Shown here: one piece after another, positions 59,263 to 64,000 of the stretch
How the letters are laid out: the number at the start of each line of letters is the position of its first letter
Numbering within the stretch: the stretch's first letter is position 1
IMG/VR virus record: IMGVR_UViG_3300033066_001917
Span: 64,001 to 128,000 of that record
Direction: 5' to 3' (one strand)
DNA length: 64,000 nt
Origin: a virus
Lineage: Duplodnaviria > Caudoviricetes
Translations under genes and position numbers: made by a program
Notes under the pieces: generated by a model
The model's input: only the letters and a program-made list of their open reading frames with translations
Databases searched by the model: none
What the model was told of the DNA's origin: nothing

Positions 59263-59441
59263 TAGTATCCGTCCTTGTACCAGCCCCCACCTTTTAGTTG
59301 GAAAGAGGTTCTGGAGATCAATCTCTTGATTGGTCCCTTACACGTTTCCGAAGGGCACTGGGTTAGTGGGTCATCCGTAATTTTCTGCTGAAGCTCGAAT
59401 CTCTGCTGGCATTTTTCGCAGGTGTAAGTATAAGTCGGCAT
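59262..59441 (-). CDS. FmdB-family zinc-ribbon protein (59 aa, not in the ORF track)
   Basis: Manual translation: MPTYTYTCEKCQQRFELQQKITDDPLTQCPSETCKGPIKRLISRTSFQLKGGGWYKDGY. Confidence 0.85.
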   Translation of the reverse strand: MPTYTYTCEKCQQRFELQQKITDDPLTQCPSETCKGPIKRLISRTSFQLKGGGWYKDGY

Positions 59442-59502
59442 GGATCTGTTACACCTTCAGAGACGATAAGGTGATTTTTGGGGTAAGTGTGTACGTGTAA
59501 TT

Positions 59503-59895
59503 GTGGCAAGCTTGATTCCAGCAAACGAGTTTGAAGAAGTCCTGGAGATCGATCCGCCTGAATCTCTTTCTTCGGTCCAACGGATTCTTGGTTGTCTTAA
59601 CGTCACCCCCTGCAGATTCGTAGATGATGAGGGGGGTAGCTGGTTCTGGTCTCCCATATCTTCTCCCTCAAACCCCTCAAATAACCGGGTTGCTAAATGG
59701 ATTAAGGCACCCGTCCCAGTGCATGGAATGTGCCTTTTCATGTCAAAACGTGAAATGACGGCTTTTTTCCCACCGAGGGTGCCCACCGGATGGTGGGCAC
59801 CCAATTCCGTAACTTTGAAGACGGAAGACGACTCTGAGAATTTGGACTCGCTCGTGGCTTCGTTCAAACCTAGACCAAAATGGGGTAAGCCGTAA
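59503..59895 (+). CDS. hypothetical protein, paralogue 1 (DUF3846-like?)
   Basis: MASLIP...VQRILG...NNRVAKW...GMCLF. Confidence 0.6.
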   Translation: MASLIPANEFEEVLEIDPPESLSSVQRILGCLNVTPCRFVDDEGGSWFWSPISSPSNPSNNRVAKWIKAPVPVHGMCLFMSKREMTAFFPPRVPTGWWAPNSVTLKTEDDSENLDSLVASFKPRPKWGKP

Positions 59896-59897
59896 TC

Positions 59898-60302
59898 ATG
59901 GCTTCTCTCATACCTGTCGAAGGAGAGATACTGGAGTTATTTGTCCCCTCAACTTCTTCCGAAGTCCAAATTCTTTTGGGGCATCAACAAGTTTGGTTGG
60001 AGACGGATACAGGAGCCTTGTGGGTTTGGGGGACTGGGGGTGGTTGGAACAATAGGGCCATTCAATGGTGTGGGGGAGGGGTTATTGGACCCTGTCTTTT
60101 TGCCTCCGCAAAAGAGGCAAAAGTCTTAAAACCATGCCTCACACGAAAGACCCTGGATTTAAGACTTCAAGATACAATAGTATCCTACTTCAAGAAAATC
60201 CCCATTTCGTCAGTGCCCCTCTCAAAGCCGTGGGATGAGTTTAAGTTCGATTCCAACGATATTGCTCTGGATCCCCCCTATGATGTCAAATCAAACTTCT
60301 GA
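59898..60302 (+). CDS. hypothetical protein, paralogue 2
   Basis: MASLIP...VQILLG...NNRAIQW...GPCLF. Confidence 0.6.
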   Translation: MASLIPVEGEILELFVPSTSSEVQILLGHQQVWLETDTGALWVWGTGGGWNNRAIQWCGGGVIGPCLFASAKEAKVLKPCLTRKTLDLRLQDTIVSYFKKIPISSVPLSKPWDEFKFDSNDIALDPPYDVKSNF

Positions 60303-60696
60303 TCTCCCCTTGGTTGGTGACAAGTTAGGCACCAACCCTTTTGTTGACTTGACCGAGGACTACAAAGTCCTGGAATGGTATGACGGTCCCCTGCTTTCAT
60401 GTGCCAGATTTCCTGGCAACCCCCAGTGGTACGTTCTCCACTGGGCAGACGTAGACAGTCGGTGTAATCGGTGGATCGTCTACGATGTTTCGCCGACGGA
60501 CTTAGACGTGATGGCTAACAAAGACAACACGTCCACTTGTCGAGAGATCATTTCCCGATCCAAAGAGCTTTATCTTTTGGACATAGATAATGAATTTCAA
60601 CACGTGGCTACCTACCGAGTTACATTCAATGAGCTTGACTCCTACGGTGTACTTCCGGCTGAAAGCATGACCTATGGAAACCCAGATTCTGTTTGA
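60283..60696 (+). CDS. hypothetical protein (WYDGPLL motif)
   Basis: Open frame; start trimmed to ATG 60283. Confidence 0.6.
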   Translation: MSNQTSDLPLVGDKLGTNPFVDLTEDYKVLEWYDGPLLSCARFPGNPQWYVLHWADVDSRCNRWIVYDVSPTDLDVMANKDNTSTCREIISRSKELYLLDIDNEFQHVATYRVTFNELDSYGVLPAESMTYGNPDSV

Positions 60697-61417
60697 GCCG
60701 CGGTTATATACCGTGCGAGAGCTTGGAACCGTTGACTTACCGGGGGGCGAACATACCCGTGTAGGGGTGTTTATGTTCGAGGGAGAGGAGGAGAAACAGG
60801 TGGGTGAGTACCTCCGTAATCTAGGAGGTACGGGACCATTTTTCCCTTTCCTTCAAGGGGGTGTTGAGTACGCTCTCTACAGCCCTAACTACACGACGAC
60901 AAGCGTGATGAGACTTCCAGATTGTGAGAAGATAGCATCGGAACCCGATGACCCTATGGGAATAGGGTATTGCCCGATGGAATTTTGCGTACCAACCACA
61001 CCCAAAAAGAGATCGGAAATCTATGGGTTACCGTATGAGGATCAGGTAAGAGGATTGTGGGGTGTAGTTTCGGGGTGTTATTGGGGGGCCGAATGGTACA
61101 GCCCTATTCAGTTCCTTGACCTTTCGGAGATAGAGAAAGGAAAAGTTAGTCGGGATGATCGATTTGGGGGTCTTCAGGCACCACGGTCCCTTCCCTTGAA
61201 GGATGCTTTGGATCTGTGGTGTTACACGGATAAGTCACCGACCCTATCAATCCTAGCATCCACCCCGGTCAACCTAACGGAATCGATGGAAGTTGACCCT
61301 TTGGATCTTGCCAAAGAGATTCTAACCGAACTGGATCCTGTCAAAGACCACTCTCGGCGCGTATCTATTCTGGAATCAAAAATAAACTGGCTGCTTCGTT
61401 GGCATAAAAAAGGATGA
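60674..61417 (+). CDS. hypothetical protein
   Basis: 247 aa with YALYSPNYTTT, YCP.EF.VP and SGCYWG. Confidence 0.7.
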   Translation: METQILFEPRLYTVRELGTVDLPGGEHTRVGVFMFEGEEEKQVGEYLRNLGGTGPFFPFLQGGVEYALYSPNYTTTSVMRLPDCEKIASEPDDPMGIGYCPMEFCVPTTPKKRSEIYGLPYEDQVRGLWGVVSGCYWGAEWYSPIQFLDLSEIEKGKVSRDDRFGGLQAPRSLPLKDALDLWCYTDKSPTLSILASTPVNLTESMEVDPLDLAKEILTELDPVKDHSRRVSILESKINWLLRWHKKG

Positions 61418-61421
61418 CAAT

Positions 61422-61691
61422 ATGGGTCTTTCCGTGGTATCAAAACCAGAGGTGGCGTTGCGTTATACAACGCCTTGGGGCTTATCCGTCCAAAGTATTG
61501 GGGAGGAAGACCAGATGCTCCTCCGAAATACCTTTGGATCCGAAATGTATCTTTGGTACAAAAGTAGGGATGTCGTTCCTACTAGAGCTACATCCAATCT
61601 CCAGGGTCCTATCTTGTGGATCCATCGAAGCATTCTAGGCACAGGGCAACCTATCACGACGGAGTTAAAAGATGAAACCACCCAGGGGTAA
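61422..61691 (+). CDS. hypothetical protein
   Basis: AAGGA upstream; the alternative frame 61414-61638 cannot be excluded. Confidence 0.35.
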   Translation: MGLSVVSKPEVALRYTTPWGLSVQSIGEEDQMLLRNTFGSEMYLWYKSRDVVPTRATSNLQGPILWIHRSILGTGQPITTELKDETTQG

Positions 61692-62280
61692 CAATTGGAT
61701 TCAAACGTTCACCGGAAAATACCACTACCCTCTTGACGCGAGACCAGAAGAATTGGATATCCGTGACATCATCCACGGTTGCTCCTTGGAGAACAGGTAT
61801 GCCGGGCAAACACCTTTGGCGGTTTCCGTCGCACAGCATCAGTGTCACGTTTTTGACACGGCCCTCGCATTGTTCGGCGCGAGGATGACCCAAGTTTTGG
61901 ATCTGGATCTTATGCGAATCGTTGGTTACGAGGCCCTTTTTCATGATGCCCACGAAGGGATGGGATTCAGAGATATGCCTGCCCCGATCAAACGCCTTCC
62001 AGAATTTGAGATATACAGAAAACTGTCTGATGGCCTACAGCAGGTTGTGTGGGAATTCCTTGGGATTGATCCAACCCCGGAATCCTCGGATCTCGTACAC
62101 GAAGCTGATATGATCCTTCTGGCAACGGAGAAGAGGGACCTGTGCTCCCCTTCTGACTATGATTGGGGTCCTCTTCCTGACCCCCTCCCCGTAACAATTT
62201 CCCCATGGAGTGCAAAGAAGTCCGAAAGGGAAATGTTCCGAAGGTACAAACTTTTGAGATCGTGGGGTGTTTATGGGTAG
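61672..62280 (+). CDS. HD-domain deoxynucleotide phosphohydrolase (YfbR/YfdR-like)
   Basis: WIQTFTG, DIIHGCS..NRYAGQ, SVAQH, LFHDAHE, DMPAPIK and ADMILLATEKRDL. Confidence 0.8.
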   Translation: MKPPRGNNWIQTFTGKYHYPLDARPEELDIRDIIHGCSLENRYAGQTPLAVSVAQHQCHVFDTALALFGARMTQVLDLDLMRIVGYEALFHDAHEGMGFRDMPAPIKRLPEFEIYRKLSDGLQQVVWEFLGIDPTPESSDLVHEADMILLATEKRDLCSPSDYDWGPLPDPLPVTISPWSAKKSEREMFRRYKLLRSWGVYG

Positions 62281-62611
62281 CCTCGGTATTCGCGGAAATC
62301 CCTTCAAAGTGGTGGTTTGTTCCGCGAATTATTTTCGGCCCGGAGAGGGGATAATCCTCTGGTACACGGGGGATATCATCCGGCAACTCATTGCGGACTA
62401 TGGGAATAGTGCCGGGGAGTGTGGCTTTGACCTGGAGGAGACTGGTATTTTTGTTTTCGATGGGTCTTTCTTCTGGGAAACGGATAACAATGGTATGTAC
62501 ACCTACCCCGACGGTGGGTGGGTATTCAGAGGCGAATGCCGATCCCCTACGGATGAGGAGTGGGCTCTCATCAAACAAAACCGTAACCCTTTTGAGGTTG
62601 ATGAGCAATGA
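62267..62611 (+). CDS. hypothetical protein (paralogous to the N-terminus of 62872-63468)
   Basis: GIFVFDG...RGECRSPTDEEW...NPF. Confidence 0.6.
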   Translation: MFMGSLGIRGNPFKVVVCSANYFRPGEGIILWYTGDIIRQLIADYGNSAGECGFDLEETGIFVFDGSFFWETDNNGMYTYPDGGWVFRGECRSPTDEEWALIKQNRNPFEVDEQ

Positions 62612-62865
62612 GTGATAGAAAACTGGGAGTTCATTCCTTTAATTTCAATGAGAGGGACAATGGAGGGGAGTCCCTGATTCTTGACACCACGGCATTTGCA
62701 AATGGTGATCCAGGGGGGGTATATCTCAATCAGAGATTGACCCTCCACTCCTATTGCAATGCTGCTTCTTTTGAATTTATTGGGACCAACCTCACCCCTG
62801 AAGTCTTAAGAAGACTAGCGGATGGGCTAGAGCAATTCATTGAGCAATGCAAACTGAATACATGA
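62608..62865 (+). CDS. hypothetical phage protein
   Basis: NGGESL...LTLHSYCNAASF...LTPEVLRRLA; ATGA-coupled. Confidence 0.65.
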   Translation: MSDRKLGVHSFNFNERDNGGESLILDTTAFANGDPGGVYLNQRLTLHSYCNAASFEFIGTNLTPEVLRRLADGLEQFIEQCKLNT

Positions 62866-62871
62866 GGGTTT

Positions 62872-63468
62872 ATGTTTGAGGACCGGAACAAAACCAGATC
62901 AATTCGAGCCGTCGTAGTAAGTGTTCCAGGCCAGAAAGACATGGTTCTGTATCATGACAGTTTGTTCTTGGAGGAAATGATCCTGGGGTTCGGGAACGAT
63001 TTGGAGGAGCTGGGTCTATGCCCTGCTCCAGAGGGGATCTCCGTGTGGGAGGGTAAGTACCATTGGTGTTCAAACGGATACGAGGACCCGGAGGGTGGGG
63101 ATTGGGACCCTAGAGGGTCCTTTCGTTCACCGACGGAAAAGGAATGGGAAGCCATTCGCACCCATCATTCACCATGGGTTTCAGCAAACGAGTTCGTGCG
63201 CTTACGTGATGCCCACGGTGAAGAACAAAGATTTCTTTCCTGGGTGAATATGGAGGAGCCTAATCTTCTTCGGATTATTAGCATGGGGATGCCGGTTGTT
63301 CCCCTCATCAAGGAGGACATGGAGAGACCCAACAGTAATACGTGGTCGTGGTTTTATGCCCTCAAAGAGATCCTAAAAGATGGTCCAGAGATACCGGAAA
63401 GTATGTTGGGGAGAACCGAACCCATAAAACAACTTTGGCTAGCTTGGCTTACAGAAAGAGGCTTCTAA
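62872..63468 (+). CDS. two-domain hypothetical protein
   Basis: GISVWEG...RGSFRSPTEKEW...SPW plus a helical C-terminal domain (IISMG..VVPLI...WFYAL...WLAW). Confidence 0.7.
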   Translation: MFEDRNKTRSIRAVVVSVPGQKDMVLYHDSLFLEEMILGFGNDLEELGLCPAPEGISVWEGKYHWCSNGYEDPEGGDWDPRGSFRSPTEKEWEAIRTHHSPWVSANEFVRLRDAHGEEQRFLSWVNMEEPNLLRIISMGMPVVPLIKEDMERPNSNTWSWFYALKEILKDGPEIPESMLGRTEPIKQLWLAWLTERGF

Positions 63469-63500
63469 CCACCCAGCCCGAATCCGGTGTAAGTCCCACC

Positions 63501-63995
63501 ATGAAACCCATTCATAAAACTGACACCAACTTTTTCAACCAACAGGTTCAAACAAGAGTCTCAGACCTTGTCGGGGTTACCCGCGTGACCGTAGGGTATG
63601 ACCATTTGGGATCGGATCTATACCGGGGCAAGGTTGTGGTTGAGTTGGATTCGGAGGGGATTGAGGAAGAGGTGACGGGGGCTTTCGCGCGGTTGAAGCG
63701 TACCTATGATTTTCACCTGATTGTTTTGAATCTATTTTTGGGGGGTACGGTTCTTCCAAAACTCACGCCTAAAATTTTCTCAGTCGGTAAAAACCCTCAA
63801 TCTTGCACTGATTCTTTCATTAGGGATAATTTTCCGTATGAGAAGGATTACGAAGTGGTGGACTGCCATACAGACACATCCACCAAGGATCCTGTGTCTG
63901 GAATGACGGAAGTTCGATTGAAGTCTGGCAACCTTCTCAAACTTCATTGGAAGTCGGAGGGTGACCTTTATTGGGTTGTGAAGTGGGAACTATGA
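63501..63995 (+). CDS. hypothetical protein
   Basis: GTAA-N8-ATG at 63501; open to TGA 63995. Confidence 0.6.
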   Translation: MKPIHKTDTNFFNQQVQTRVSDLVGVTRVTVGYDHLGSDLYRGKVVVELDSEGIEEEVTGAFARLKRTYDFHLIVLNLFLGGTVLPKLTPKIFSVGKNPQSCTDSFIRDNFPYEKDYEVVDCHTDTSTKDPVSGMTEVRLKSGNLLKLHWKSEGDLYWVVKWEL

Positions 63996-64000
63996 TAGAA

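Noticed and set aside
1-64000. Genome-wide TAG reassignment (code 15)
   Set aside because: Very long ORFs have no in-frame TAG, coding density is already high in code 11, and several genes end plausibly at TAG
1-64000. CRISPR array, rRNA, IS/transposase or integrase
   Set aside because: No regularly spaced repeats or diagnostic motifs seen

Overview
The window looks like a 64-kb fragment of a large (probably jumbo) contractile-tailed dsDNA phage read in the standard genetic code. The host cannot be determined; a myxobacterial/deltaproteobacterial host is only weakly hinted. Two convergent blocks of very large virion genes (9746-27966 +, including gp25-like wedge, baseplate-J-like and tail-fibre/collar-like proteins; 35873-49828 -, including a 3530-aa protein) are embedded in dense accessory genes. 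These include three DNA methyltransferases (one fused to an SF2 helicase), an ATP-grasp protein, an SLT-like enzyme, NUDIX and HD hydrolases, an AAA ATPase, Pth2, a frameshifted Thg1-like polymerase and an FmdB zinc ribbon. Most notable: (1) a candidate amber-readthrough-sensing translational switch, in which a leader MNHFY-UAG-LNRSRGPP runs into a hairpin abutting the Shine-Dalgarno of a two-gene Pth2 operon, with an amber-suppressor tRNA(CUA) about 2.4 kb downstream on the same strand; (2) an FGE-sulfatase/CLec-fold gene that stops before its C-terminal RG...GFR segment and is followed by tandem mini-ORFs, each resembling an alternative version of that segment; (3) a GTAA-N7-9-start motif before about 15 accessory genes and the tRNA, suggesting leaderless transcription. 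All family calls come from motif recognition by eye, not database searches.
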